Positions 10,097-20,220 of a stretch of 32,000 nt of DNA are shown in pieces. Below the pieces are notes generated by a model. That model had not been told where the DNA came from. It did not search any database and worked only from the letters and a program-made list of their open reading frames with translations. The first letter of the stretch is position 1. The number at the start of each line of letters is the position of its first letter. The translations under genes and the position numbers were made by a program. Source of the stretch: Aliivibrio fischeri ES114 (GTDB lineage: Bacteria > Pseudomonadota > Gammaproteobacteria > Enterobacterales > Vibrionaceae); the NCBI RefSeq assembly GCF_000011805.1, contig NC_006840.2; one strand, 5' to 3'.

Positions 10097-11092
10097 ATGA
10101 TCTACATGGATGTTTATATGAATAGCTACTTTCCTCATAATTTAGATACAGAAAACAGCATCATTGACTTATCAAAGTGGCAGGAACTTGCTGATTTGAT
10201 CGTCGATATATTTGGTGCTGATTGCGGAGCGATCATTAAATTTACCGGGCATTCATTTACCACCATGCTTAGTAGTCGCAACGAAGCGAGCTTTCTACAC
10301 CAAGGAACAGAATGGTCTAGTGATAGTAAAAGTTTTTGTCGTACGATAATAAAAACAGGCAAGCCTTTATATATTGCAAATGCAGTTGAAGATGAATATT
10401 GGTTTGATGCACCTCCCGTCGTTAATGGACCAGTTCGTTCATATTGTGGTGTTCCAATATTTTCTCCTGATGGCAGTATTTACGGAACCATTTGTGCAAT
10501 CGACACGAAAAGCACTCGTTATGAAGACGCCTTAACCAAACTGCTTCTGCATTTATCAAAACTCATCACTTCCGATTTAAAAATAGCAGAAAAAGCGGAA
10601 CAACACAGATTGATGGCTCTCACAGACCAAACGACGGGTTTGTTAAATCGAAGAGGGCTTAATGTCCTTAGTGAACAAAAATTTAAAGACGCTAAAAGAA
10701 ATCAAGATCATATTGGCGTGTTATATCTTGATATAGATAACTTAAAAATTATCAATGACAATTTTGGTCATCTAGCTGGAGATAAGTGCATTAAATTACT
10801 TGCTACTATCCTAAAAAAAATGGTCAGACAATCAGACTTAATAGCACGTATCGGTGGTGATGAATTTACCGTACTTGCTTTAATTAACAGTGAAAATACA
10901 AATGAATTAGACCACTTATCCATGCGTATACGTGAAGTTTATCAAAACGAAATTAAAGATAATGCTGAATTAAATATGAGCAATATTAGTATAGGTCAGC
11001 ATCTTGTCTCTTATGATTCAAATGCCTCTCTAAAAGAAATGTTAGCTAAAGCAGATTCGCTCATGTACCAAGAGAAAATTGATAAATCATAA
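10097..11092 (+). CDS. GAF domain-containing GGDEF diguanylate cyclase
   Basis: N-terminal GAF-like region (CRTIIKTGKPLYIANAVEDEYWFDAPPVVNGPVRSYCGVPIFSPDGSIYGTICAID) and C-terminal ARIGGDEFTVL. Start codon uncertain (10097, 10106 or 10118). Confidence 0.9.
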   Translation: MIYMDVYMNSYFPHNLDTENSIIDLSKWQELADLIVDIFGADCGAIIKFTGHSFTTMLSSRNEASFLHQGTEWSSDSKSFCRTIIKTGKPLYIANAVEDEYWFDAPPVVNGPVRSYCGVPIFSPDGSIYGTICAIDTKSTRYEDALTKLLLHLSKLITSDLKIAEKAEQHRLMALTDQTTGLLNRRGLNVLSEQKFKDAKRNQDHIGVLYLDIDNLKIINDNFGHLAGDKCIKLLATILKKMVRQSDLIARIGGDEFTVLALINSENTNELDHLSMRIREVYQNEIKDNAELNMSNISIGQHLVSYDSNASLKEMLAKADSLMYQEKIDKS

Positions 11093-11100
11093 AGTAATAT

Positions 11101-12288
11101 TTAAATGCCCATCCCAACTTGGAAATAAAGAGCTGTATCTTCTTCGCTAAACGCTAAATCGATCCCTGTTTTCATACCATAGCGACGAGCAATTAAATAA
11201 CGGAAACCTACGCCATAAGCGTATTGTTCATCGCCTTTAAATAATGATTGATGTTGTGATGATGCATAACCTAAACCGGCAAAAACATTACTCGACCAAC
11301 GAATGTTCCATTGGTAATTAACTTGCCCTTCAAGCGATAAGGTTTGCTCTCCTTGATATCGGTTTCTTGCTATACCACGCAGCTCAATATCAGGGTAAGC
11401 AGGAGGTGGCAGAAAGTTTTCGTCGGTATAGAGTGATTTATAATAACCTCTAGCCGCAACAGACCACTCAGGTGTCAGCGTCCAATAATGACGGCCTTTA
11501 ATATTTAACGTATCAAAATCATAGTCACTTCCAATACCATCTCTAAACCAAATATACTCAACGGTATAATTCACTCCTTCGGTTGGGTTTAAGAAGTTAT
11601 TTTTGGTGTCGTACTCCATTAATAGACCAAGGCCCGATGCTGTTGGTGTCGTATTCCCCAATCGATTTAAAATTTCATCAGCTTTAGGGTGACTATTAAT
11701 ACTCAATTCTGGTTGGAAATATTTCTGCACCGCTCCCAAAAACAAAGGGGTATCATCAACACGAAACTGAAGCTGCTGCATACCACCACCGCCACGCATA
11801 CCAAATTCCACACCACTATTTCCAACAATGGGTTCTAGCGCCCCTGCATTATTCTTTTGGCGATAGAAAGTCATATTCATATCACCATAAGCCAACCCCC
11901 CCATGTAACGGATGCTATCTTTATTCCAAGTTCTTCTATGTCCAATGAAGCCCATCCATGTGCCATTTTCTGTTGCCAAACCACCAGCCACCGTTATTGC
12001 AGGAGTTAATAACTGAGCACCTCCATCCAAAGAGGTTGCCGCTAATTGTTTACGCTTTTCTCTCTGCTGATCAGACTCATGCAAAAACACACCAGCAAAA
12101 CCGAAGCCATAACCTAAAGCAGGTTCGGTGATTAAAATCGGTACTGGCAGAAAGCCATAAGCATTTTCTGCGAGGTACTCCCCCATATCCAGTTTCCCGT
12201 CAATGGGATCATTAAAATCAACAGCTGAAGAAGCAAAAGAAACACTTAAGCTCATTAATACTAATAACCGAGAAGTATAAAACGACAT
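11101..12288 (-). CDS. BamA/TamA-family (surface antigen-like) outer-membrane beta-barrel protein
   Basis: Signal peptide, repeated amphipathic beta-strand pattern, lid-loop-like RGIARNRYQGEQTLSLEGQ, and C-terminal ALYFQVGMGI. No room for a POTRA array. Confidence 0.75.
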   Translation of the reverse strand: MSFYTSRLLVLMSLSVSFASSAVDFNDPIDGKLDMGEYLAENAYGFLPVPILITEPALGYGFGFAGVFLHESDQQREKRKQLAATSLDGGAQLLTPAITVAGGLATENGTWMGFIGHRRTWNKDSIRYMGGLAYGDMNMTFYRQKNNAGALEPIVGNSGVEFGMRGGGGMQQLQFRVDDTPLFLGAVQKYFQPELSINSHPKADEILNRLGNTTPTASGLGLLMEYDTKNNFLNPTEGVNYTVEYIWFRDGIGSDYDFDTLNIKGRHYWTLTPEWSVAARGYYKSLYTDENFLPPPAYPDIELRGIARNRYQGEQTLSLEGQVNYQWNIRWSSNVFAGLGYASSQHQSLFKGDEQYAYGVGFRYLIARRYGMKTGIDLAFSEEDTALYFQVGMGI

Positions 12289-12686
12289 CTAAAACATCCA
12301 TATTTAAGAAGCAAACACATTGGTTGAAACTGGTAATTTATCGTCTAATCAACTTCATGACGGCGATAAATCAACTGAATAAAGTATGGCAATAAACATA
12401 ATAAAAACAAGCCTACAAACCAGATACGACCTATATCATCCAGAACTATAACCTAGTTCTAATTTATTTTCTTTCCAACAAAATCGATACTTAAACAACA
12501 TATATTTATTACTCATACGTAAAAGTGATTTTCATTTATTAGCTATTATCACGAATTAAGAAATAAATATAATAGCCGCATTGAAACTCAGCACACACTG
12601 TTGCGCTCTGTAATAAAGATTATTCTTTGGTTTATTTTCGAGTGATTTAGCTCCTCTTTAAGCCAAAATATTGTGAGAAAAATGCT

Positions 12687-13913
12687 ATGTCCCGAATCAT
12701 TGTTGTAGGCGGTGGCGCTGCTGGTCTAGAGCTATCAACCTTATTAACTAAATCAACCCGTAAAGAAGATGAAATTATTCTAGTTGAGCCTGAAACACAT
12801 CACTACTGGAAACCTCGTCTGCACGAAATCGCAGCAGGCACATTTGATAGTGATTTAGATTCGGTTTGTTATTTCACTCACGGAGCTCATCACGGTTACC
12901 AACATTATCAAGGTGCGATGACGGGAATCGATCGTGAAAATCAAACACTATTAGTTCGTCGTCCAGATGGCACAGAATCAGGCTTAAGTTATGATTATCT
13001 TGTGGTTGCTATTGGCGCAATCAGTAATGATTTTAATACCTTAGGCGCTCAAGACCACTGCCTATTTTTAGATTCAGCAGGTCAAGCACGCCAAGCGTGG
13101 AATCAAATTAGTCAAATCTTACGTGAAGGCAAAAACAGCACAATAAACATTGTAGGAGCTGGTGCTACTGGTGTTGAGTTAGCAGCTGAATTAGCTCGAG
13201 TAAGTAAAAAATTAAAACGCTATAACGCGTCATCTCTTAATATTAATTTAATTGAGGCGGCGCATCGTGTATTACCTAACAGCCCACAAAAAATGTCTGA
13301 TAAGGTATTAAAAGAATTAGAAAAAAATGGCGTAAATGTATTACTAGAAACTCGCATTAGTGAAGTAACTGAAAACGGTATGCGAACGGATGTTGATAAG
13401 TTTCTTGGTGCTGATATCCAATTTTGGGCTGCGGGTGTAAAAGCGCCGGATTGGCTAAATGGTATTGGGAACTTAAGCTACAACCGTATGAACCAAATTA
13501 ACGTGAACCAAAACTTAAGTTCAACCGAAGATCCTCGTATCTTTGCTATTGGTGATTGCGCAGCTATTCCACAGCCTGATGGTTCTTTTGTTCCACCAAA
13601 AGCTCAAGCGGCTAACCGTGCAGCAGTTCACTTAGCGAAGAGCTTAGGTCGTTATTTACGTGGAAAAGAGCTAACGGATTTTATCTTCCAAGACAGTGGA
13701 ATGGTGGTTGCTGTTGGTCATCATTTTGCCGTTGGTACTTTTGCTCCGGGGACACGTTTAGAAGGAAAATTAGTGTTACAAGGTCGATTAATTCGCCGTT
13801 TATACGACACGATTTTCCGTCTACACCAACGCACAGTGACAGGAATGTTTACGGTCTCTCGTTTAATGATCACTAAACGCTTAAAGGCCTTCTTTAAACC
13901 GGCAGGAATTTAA
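12687..13913 (+). CDS. ndh: NAD(P)/FAD-dependent oxidoreductase, type II NADH dehydrogenase
   Basis: 408 aa; RIIVVGGGAAGLEL, INIVGAGATGVELAAEL, and FAIGDCAAIPQPDG motifs typical of NDH-2. Confidence 0.87.
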   Translation: MSRIIVVGGGAAGLELSTLLTKSTRKEDEIILVEPETHHYWKPRLHEIAAGTFDSDLDSVCYFTHGAHHGYQHYQGAMTGIDRENQTLLVRRPDGTESGLSYDYLVVAIGAISNDFNTLGAQDHCLFLDSAGQARQAWNQISQILREGKNSTINIVGAGATGVELAAELARVSKKLKRYNASSLNINLIEAAHRVLPNSPQKMSDKVLKELEKNGVNVLLETRISEVTENGMRTDVDKFLGADIQFWAAGVKAPDWLNGIGNLSYNRMNQINVNQNLSSTEDPRIFAIGDCAAIPQPDGSFVPPKAQAANRAAVHLAKSLGRYLRGKELTDFIFQDSGMVVAVGHHFAVGTFAPGTRLEGKLVLQGRLIRRLYDTIFRLHQRTVTGMFTVSRLMITKRLKAFFKPAGI

Positions 13914-13938
13914 TTTCATGGTTCTAAAGAGATAAATA

Positions 13939-13972
13939 AAAAACGGCAACCTTATTTTAGGTTGCCGTTTTT
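13939..13972. terminator. Bidirectional terminator between ndh and znuA
   Basis: AAAACGGCAACCT...AGGTTGCCGTTTT stem with a short loop, A-run and T-run on either side; genes are convergent. Confidence 0.88.
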
Positions 13973-13990
13973 ATTGGTAAGAAACAAATA

Positions 13991-14956
13991 TCACGGTTTA
14001 CACTGACTTAGACTCTCTATCATGGACATCAATAATGAGTCATATTGATCTTTGCCTATTGCCAAATTAGCGCCGAGTGGATCCATAGTACCAATTGTCT
14101 TTACTGTTGAGTTATCAAAAATACTATTCACTAACTCGGGGTTATATTGAGGTTCAGTAAAGACACATGTCACACCTAACTTTTTCACCGTATCACGAAT
14201 GTCTGTAATTCGAGCAGGGCTCGGTTTAGATGCATCAGAAATAGAAATCGCACCCGATGCTAATAGTTGAAAGCGTTTCTCAAAGTATTGATAAGCATCA
14301 TGAAACACAATGAACTTAACACCTTCTAAACCTTTAGCTTGTTGCTTAATCTTACTAGAAAGTTTATGTAAACGACTGACTGTGATTTTAGCGTTCTTTT
14401 GATAAATTGGCGCATTTGAGCTGTCTGCATCAGATAACGTTTTAGCAATTATATTCACCCAAACTTCAGCATTTTTCGGGTCTAACCATACATGTGGATC
14501 ATGTCCATCATGGTGATGGTGTTCATGACCTTTGCTGTGTTCATTATGCTCCTCTTCATGATCATTTCGAGCGTCATCATGGTGCTCATGAGCTTCAAAT
14601 GTTGCTCCTTCTCTAAAGTCGTAAAGAGTTACTCCTTCTACTTTTATCATTTCTATTTGAGTCGCTGAACCCGCTAAGCTTGATAACGGTTTTTCAAGCC
14701 AAGGCGTTAACCCTTCACCAACCCAAAACACAATATCCGCTTGTGAAAGCGCTTTTGCTTCCGAAGGACGCAAATGATAACTATGTGGTGACATTTCAGG
14801 ACGAATCAATAAATCCGGCTCACCCACGCCATCCATAACTTGAGTGACTAAAGAGTGTAATGGAGCGATATCCACGACAACCTTTGGGGCTTGAGCGTAA
14901 CTCTGTGAAACCACCGCTAAGCTCATAACAAACACTGATATGGCTTTTTTAAACAT
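13991..14956 (-). CDS. znuA: High-affinity zinc ABC transporter, periplasmic binding protein
   Basis: PLHSLVTQVMDGVGEPDLLI...SPHSYHLRPSEAKAL, His/Asp/Glu-rich loop HEHHDDARNDHEEEHNEHSKGHEHHHHDGHDPHVWLDPKNA. Confidence 0.95.
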   Translation of the reverse strand: MFKKAISVFVMSLAVVSQSYAQAPKVVVDIAPLHSLVTQVMDGVGEPDLLIRPEMSPHSYHLRPSEAKALSQADIVFWVGEGLTPWLEKPLSSLAGSATQIEMIKVEGVTLYDFREGATFEAHEHHDDARNDHEEEHNEHSKGHEHHHHDGHDPHVWLDPKNAEVWVNIIAKTLSDADSSNAPIYQKNAKITVSRLHKLSSKIKQQAKGLEGVKFIVFHDAYQYFEKRFQLLASGAISISDASKPSPARITDIRDTVKKLGVTCVFTEPQYNPELVNSIFDNSTVKTIGTMDPLGANLAIGKDQYDSLLMSMIESLSQCKP

Positions 14957-15011
14957 ATTCTTCTCCTAATAGTAATAACTTGAAACCTTCAAAACACCAA
15001 GGTTGGCAAAA

Positions 15012-15041
15012 TTAATTGTTATGTTATAACATAACAATTAA
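15012..15041. promoter_or_regulatory. Candidate Zur box between divergent znuA and znuCB
   Basis: TTAATTGTTATGTTATAACATAACAATTAA, a perfect 30-bp palindrome that fits the gammaproteobacterial Zur consensus (TGTTATANNATAACA-like), located between zinc uptake genes. Confidence 0.85.
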
Positions 15042-15107
15042 ATAGCCATATTGAAAATTGAAATAATCTAAATGGTTCGCCTCAATACAAAAATACAAGA
15101 GATTTAG

Positions 15108-15839
15108 ATGCTACTTTCATTACATCAGCTGTCTGTTAAATTCGGCAAACACCTCATATTGGATCGCATAAACATCTCGATTGGCCGAGGTGAAATAGTC
15201 ACTATCGTTGGTCCCAACGGTTCAGGAAAATCCACATTATTGAAAACATTAATTGGAGCGATTAAACCTGTAAGTGGCTGCATTGAACGAGCGGAAAAGC
15301 TTAAGGTTGGCTACGTTCCGCAACGCTTACATATCGATGAAGCATTACCTATGACCGTGTTTCGATTTTTAACATTACCGGTACAACGCTCAAAAAAAAC
15401 AATTAGCCAAGCCCTAGTTCGTGCAGGAATACCTGGGGTAGAAAAGCAACAATTAAACTCGTTATCAGGCGGGCAACTTCAACGCGTTCTTTTAGCTCGT
15501 GCTTTATTAGAAGAACCAATGCTGTTATTGCTAGATGAAGCGACTCAAGGACTAGACCAACGTGGAACCGTAGATTTCTATCAACACATTGACTCGTTTA
15601 GAAAAGAAACTGGATGCGCAATTATCATGGTTAGTCATGATTTACATGTAGTGATGAAAAATACTGATCGAGTTATTTGTTTGAATGGACAAATCTGCTG
15701 CGAAGGTACGCCGGAAAAAGTGAGTAATTCACCAGAATATAAAGTGTTATTTGGTCTCGACGATAACGATGTTTTAGGCGTATACCGCCACAAGGCGGCT
15801 TCCAATCAATTTAATGGGAGTGTACTGAATGTTGGATGA
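15108..15839 (+). CDS. znuC: Zinc ABC transporter ATP-binding protein
   Basis: Walker A GPNGSGKSTLL, signature LSGGQLQRVLLARALL, Walker B LLLLDEATQGLD; divergent to znuA. Confidence 0.94.
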   Translation: MLLSLHQLSVKFGKHLILDRINISIGRGEIVTIVGPNGSGKSTLLKTLIGAIKPVSGCIERAEKLKVGYVPQRLHIDEALPMTVFRFLTLPVQRSKKTISQALVRAGIPGVEKQQLNSLSGGQLQRVLLARALLEEPMLLLLDEATQGLDQRGTVDFYQHIDSFRKETGCAIIMVSHDLHVVMKNTDRVICLNGQICCEGTPEKVSNSPEYKVLFGLDDNDVLGVYRHKAASNQFNGSVLNVG

Positions 15840-16650
15840 TTTTCTTTGGCGAGCCACATTAGCAGGCGTTGGTGTAACATTAGCAGCCGCCCCTCTTGGC
15901 TGCTTTATCGTTTGGCGTCGTATGGCATATTTTGGTGATGCGACTGCTCATGCTTCTATGTTAGGCATTGCGTTATCTCTTGCTCTTTCGCTTCCAATTT
16001 TGCCTAGTGTTCTTTTTATTGCGCTAATTATGGCGATTACTGTATCTAAGTTCAGTGGACGTAGTTACGCAATGGACACTCTACTTGGGGTGATGGCACA
16101 TTCTGCGTTAGCAATTGGTCTGGTGGCCGTATCTTTTTTGTCCGGAATACGCCTTGATCTTATGGCTTATTTGTTCGGCGATATTCTTGCTGTAAGTAAG
16201 ATGGATCTGTTCATTATCTGGGGAGGGGCTTTATTTATCATTGGTTTAATTAGGTTTCGTTGGTCTGGTTTGTTGCTATCAATACTCGATAAAGACTTGG
16301 CACTGGCCAGTAACTTCTCACCTAAACGTGAACAACTCATTCTAACCATTGCCCTTGCCATCGTGGTCGCCGTTGCCATCAAAGTTGTAGGGGTGCTGTT
16401 AATCGTCGCCATGCTCATCATTCCAGCAGCAGCCGCTCGTCCGTTCAGCCAAACTCCCGAAATGATGGTAGTACTTGCAGCCTTAATCGGCAGTAGTTCT
16501 AGCATTTTAGGGTTACGAGCCTCTTATCTATTCGACACTCCAACAGGCCCAACAATAGTTTGTATTGCTACAGGGTTGTTCATCACATCAAGTTTGATAC
16601 GGAAATTAAAGACTAGGCACAACCTTAATTTAGATAATAATGAAAATTAA
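15829..16650 (+). CDS. znuB: Zinc ABC transporter permease
   Basis: ABC-3 family permease overlapping the znuC end by 11 nt; WRRMAYFGDATAHASMLGIALSL. Confidence 0.94.
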   Translation: MLDDFLWRATLAGVGVTLAAAPLGCFIVWRRMAYFGDATAHASMLGIALSLALSLPILPSVLFIALIMAITVSKFSGRSYAMDTLLGVMAHSALAIGLVAVSFLSGIRLDLMAYLFGDILAVSKMDLFIIWGGALFIIGLIRFRWSGLLLSILDKDLALASNFSPKREQLILTIALAIVVAVAIKVVGVLLIVAMLIIPAAAARPFSQTPEMMVVLAALIGSSSSILGLRASYLFDTPTGPTIVCIATGLFITSSLIRKLKTRHNLNLDNNEN

Positions 16651-16703
16651 ATAACACGGCTGTAAACAGAGTACCTATTTAAATATTAAAAAGAGAAATC
16701 AAT

Positions 16704-17264
16704 ATGTTAAGAAAAAATCCTACAGGACATATGCCTCAGGTATCAGAAACGGCTTTTATCGATCCTACTGCGATCATTTGTGGAAAAGTGATTATTCAAG
16801 ATAACGTGTTTATTGGACCTTATGCGGTGATTCGTGCCGATGAAGTCAATGAATATGGAGATATGGAAGCCATCATAATTAAACGCGATACCAATATTCA
16901 AGATGGCGTAGTTATCCACTCAAAAGCGGGAGCTGCAGTCACTATCGGTGAGCGTTCATCCATAGCTCACAGATCCATCATACATGGGCCAAGTGAAGTC
17001 AGTGATGATGTTTTTATTGGGTTTAATTCAGTCGTATTTAATGCTGTTATTGGTAAAGGTTGTGTCATTCGTCATAACTGTGTCATCGATGGTCTAGATC
17101 TACCAGAAAATTTTCACGTACCACCAATGACAAACATCGGTTCAGATTTCGATTTGAATAGCATTTCAAAGGTCCCTCCAGAATATTCTGCATTTTCAGA
17201 GTCTGTAGTTTCAGCCAATCATACTCTCGTTCAAGGTTATCGGAGAATTGCCAATGAGCTCTAA
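16704..17264 (+). CDS. Gamma-class carbonic anhydrase-like hexapeptide-repeat protein
   Basis: 186 aa with left-handed beta-helix repeats; retains the His triad context VVIHSKAG...SSIAHRSIIHGP. Begins 53 nt after znuB on the same strand. Confidence 0.82.
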   Translation: MLRKNPTGHMPQVSETAFIDPTAIICGKVIIQDNVFIGPYAVIRADEVNEYGDMEAIIIKRDTNIQDGVVIHSKAGAAVTIGERSSIAHRSIIHGPSEVSDDVFIGFNSVVFNAVIGKGCVIRHNCVIDGLDLPENFHVPPMTNIGSDFDLNSISKVPPEYSAFSESVVSANHTLVQGYRRIANEL

Positions 17265-18276
17265 TAAACACCCTATCATCGGCGTTCCTACCAATATTAT
17301 TACTGGCTTTCTCGGCGTAGGAAAAACCTCGACTATTCTGAACCTTATGGCAAATAAACCAAAAGACGAACGTTGGGCGATCTTAGTTAATGAGTTTGGT
17401 GAAATCGGTATCGATGGCAGTCTAATGCAAGGGCAACATACGACCAATCCACAAGGAGCAGAACAGCAAATCTTTGTGCGAGAAGTTCCCGGTGGTTGTA
17501 TGTGCTGTGCAGCGGGTTTACCCATGCAAATTGCGCTTAATCAACTACTATCAGAAGCGAAACCAGACCGACTATTAATAGAACCAACAGGGCTAGGCCA
17601 CCCAAAAGAAGTACTACAAATACTCTCTTCAGAGCACTATCGTCAGGTGTTAACGTTGCAAAAAAATATCACCTTAGTCGATGCTCGTAAATTATCAGAT
17701 TCTCGTTATACGGAGCATGAAACGTTCAATCAACAAATCGCAATTGCCGATACCGTGGTGGGGAACAAGCTTGATTTATACAGCGAAGGAGATTCAGACA
17801 ATCTAAAAGCCTATGTTGCAAAAATGGCGCGACCAAATACAAAAGTGATATTTGCTAAACACAGTATGATTCCTTTCAATGAGTTTGAAGGTAATACGAC
17901 CATTCACGAACACCCGCCGCATCATCACCACCATCATAGTAGAGACAAGCCACTTGCTTCTGAAATGCCAATGCCTGAAAGTGGGGTACTCAAAGCAATC
18001 AACTCAGGCGAAGGTTTTCATAGTGTGGGTTGGCGATTCTCTCCAAATAAGATTTTTGATCGTCAAAAACTCATATTACAGTTAGTAGAGCTCAACGTTG
18101 AACGTATGAAAGCAGTATTTATTACTACAGATGGTATTTTTGGTTATAACCTCACCCCAGATGGTTTGGCAGAAGTTGAGTTAGACGATAGCTTCGAAAG
18201 CCGTATTGAGCTTATCTCAGATACTGTTGATGATACCATTGAAGCTAAAATACTGACTTGTATACAAGAGCAATAA
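17254..18276 (+). CDS. COG0523 (CobW/YeiR/ZigA-like) zinc-linked GTPase metallochaperone
   Basis: Walker A GFLGVGKTS, GGCMCCAAGLP (CxCC), NKLD, and metal-binding HEHPPHHHHHHS. The ORF track opens at TTG 17248; ATG 17254 is an alternative and more likely start. Confidence 0.88.
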   Translation: MSSNKHPIIGVPTNIITGFLGVGKTSTILNLMANKPKDERWAILVNEFGEIGIDGSLMQGQHTTNPQGAEQQIFVREVPGGCMCCAAGLPMQIALNQLLSEAKPDRLLIEPTGLGHPKEVLQILSSEHYRQVLTLQKNITLVDARKLSDSRYTEHETFNQQIAIADTVVGNKLDLYSEGDSDNLKAYVAKMARPNTKVIFAKHSMIPFNEFEGNTTIHEHPPHHHHHHSRDKPLASEMPMPESGVLKAINSGEGFHSVGWRFSPNKIFDRQKLILQLVELNVERMKAVFITTDGIFGYNLTPDGLAEVELDDSFESRIELISDTVDDTIEAKILTCIQEQ

Positions 18277-18336
18277 ACATTAATTACTCTTCAAAACTAT
18301 TGTCTCTCTTAGAACAATTATTCTGTTCTAGATATG

Positions 18337-18373
18337 AAAAATGGCAGCGTATATAAGTAGCGCTGCCATTTTT
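18337..18373. terminator. Bidirectional terminator between the COG0523 gene and glmS
   Basis: AAAAATGGCAGCG...CGCTGCCATTTTT perfect 13-bp stem; genes are convergent. Confidence 0.88.
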
Positions 18374-18387
18374 GTAAGAAGCTTTCT

Positions 18388-20220
18388 CTACTCCACCGTC
18401 ACCGCTTTAGCTAAGTTACGAGGCTGATCGACATCCGTTCCTTTGATTAGTGCAACATGGTACGAAAGCAACTGCATCGGAATCGTGTAGTAAATTGGAG
18501 CAGTAATATCACTCACATGAGGCATGGTAATGATCTTCATGCTTTCATCCGCTTCAAAGCCCGCTTGCTCATCAGCAAATACATACAGCAAGCCACCACG
18601 GGCACGCACTTCTTCTACGTTTGATTTTAGCTTCTCTAGTAAATCATTAGTCGGTGCAACCACCACAACTGGCATTTCTGCATCAATAAGCGCTAATGGA
18701 CCATGCTTTAACTCACCTGCTGCATATGCTTCAGCATGAATATAAGAAATTTCTTTTAATTTCAGAGATGCTTCAACAGCAATTGGATAAAACTCCCCAC
18801 GACCTAAAAATAATGTGTGATGTTTATCTGCAAAATCTGGGGCTAACGCTTCAATCTCTTTATCAAACGACAATGCTTGCTCAATTTGAGCAGGTAACGC
18901 ATGCAGCGCTTCAACAATCTCTTTTTCTTTCTCTTTTGAAATACGATTTTGTTGTTTACCTAATGCCGTTACCAACATAAGTAATGCAGCAAGCTGAGTC
19001 GTAAATGCTTTGGTTGACGCTACACCAATTTCAGTTCCTGCTCGTGTCATAAAGGCAAAATCTGACTCACGAACCAGAGAAGAACCCGCTACGTTACATA
19101 CCGTCATAGCTCCCATGTAGCCACGCTCTTTAGCTAAGCGAAGTGCTGCTAACGTATCCGCCGTTTCACCTGATTGCGATAACGTAATTAATAAACTATT
19201 TGGACGGGTTACAAATTTGCGGTAACGGAACTCAGAAGCAATTTCCACATCACAACTAACACCAGCTAATGACTCAAACCAGTAGCGTGCTGTCATCCCT
19301 GCGTTGTAAGAGGTACCACAAGCAATAATTTGTACGTGTTCAACTTTATTTAAAATCTCAACCGCATTTACACCAATACTTTCTGTTACAACAGAATCAT
19401 TAGTAATGCGCCCTTCCATGGTATTAATTAACGCTTTTGGTTGCTCAAAAACTTCTTTTTGCATGAAGTGACGATATTGCCCTTTATCGCCCGCATCATG
19501 CTCTGCATTTGATTCCGTAATGGCACGTTCAACCTGCTCACCACGAGCGTCAAATACACGGATTTCACGACGAGTAATCTCTGCAACATCCCCTTCTTCA
19601 AGATACATAAAGCGACGAGTTACATTTAATAGTGCCAGTTGATCGGACGCTAGAAAGTTTTCACCAACACCACAACCAATAACAATTGGACTACCCGATC
19701 GAGCAACAACCAAACGTTCTGGCTCACGACGGTCCATTACTACTGTACCGTAAGCACCTTCTAGCTGAGTTGCTGTTTTCTGAACCGCTTCAAGCAATGA
19801 ACCAGACGAACGCAATTCCCATTCAACCAGATGAGCGATCACTTCGGTATCGGTTTGAGATTCAAAAATATAGCCACGCTCTTGTAATAAAGTACGTAAT
19901 GACTCGTGATTCTCAATAATACCGTTGTGAACCAGAGTAATATCCCCTGATACGTGTGGGTGTGCGTTCACTTCTGATGGTTCACCATGTGTAGCCCAAC
20001 GTGTGTGAGCGATACCTGTACCACCAACAACATGCGCAGTTTCAACCGCATCAGCAAGTTCTTTTACCTTACCTAAACGGCGAATACGCGTGTAATTATG
20101 CTCAGCATCAACAACGGCAACTCCAGCAGAGTCATAACCGCGATACTCTAAACGACGTAGGCCTTCAACTAAGATCTCTGCAACATCTCTTTGTGCTACC
20201 GCACCAACAATCCCACACAT
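18388..20220 (-). CDS. glmS: Glutamine--fructose-6-phosphate aminotransferase (isomerizing)
   Basis: 610 aa; [33 protein letters not shown]; C-terminal [15 protein letters not shown]. Confidence 0.98.
   Translation of the reverse strand: MCGIVGAVAQRDVAEILVEGLRRLEYRGYDSAGVAVVDAEHNYTRIRRLGKVKELADAVETAHVVGGTGIAHTRWATHGEPSEVNAHPHVSGDITLVHNGIIENHESLRTLLQERGYIFESQTDTEVIAHLVEWELRSSGSLLEAVQKTATQLEGAYGTVVMDRREPERLVVARSGSPIVIGCGVGENFLASDQLALLNVTRRFMYLEEGDVAEITRREIRVFDARGEQVERAITESNAEHDAGDKGQYRHFMQKEVFEQPKALINTMEGRITNDSVVTESIGVNAVEILNKVEHVQIIACGTSYNAGMTARYWFESLAGVSCDVEIASEFRYRKFVTRPNSLLITLSQSGETADTLAALRLAKERGYMGAMTVCNVAGSSLVRESDFAFMTRAGTEIGVASTKAFTTQLAALLMLVTALGKQQNRISKEKEKEIVEALHALPAQIEQALSFDKEIEALAPDFADKHHTLFLGRGEFYPIAVEASLKLKEISYIHAEAYAAGELKHGPLALIDAEMPVVVVAPTNDLLEKLKSNVEEVRARGGLLYVFADEQAGFEADESMKIITMPHVSDITAPIYYTIPMQLLSYHVALIKGTDVDQPRNLAKAVTVE

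Noticed and set aside
14500-14650. Tandem repeat-like His/Asp/Glu codon tract
   Set aside because: It is the normal metal-binding loop of ZnuA, not a nucleotide repeat of separate interest.
16167-16505. Antisense 112-aa ORF within znuB
   Set aside because: Mirrors the hydrophobic coding pattern of znuB, has no own features and no separate promoter evidence.
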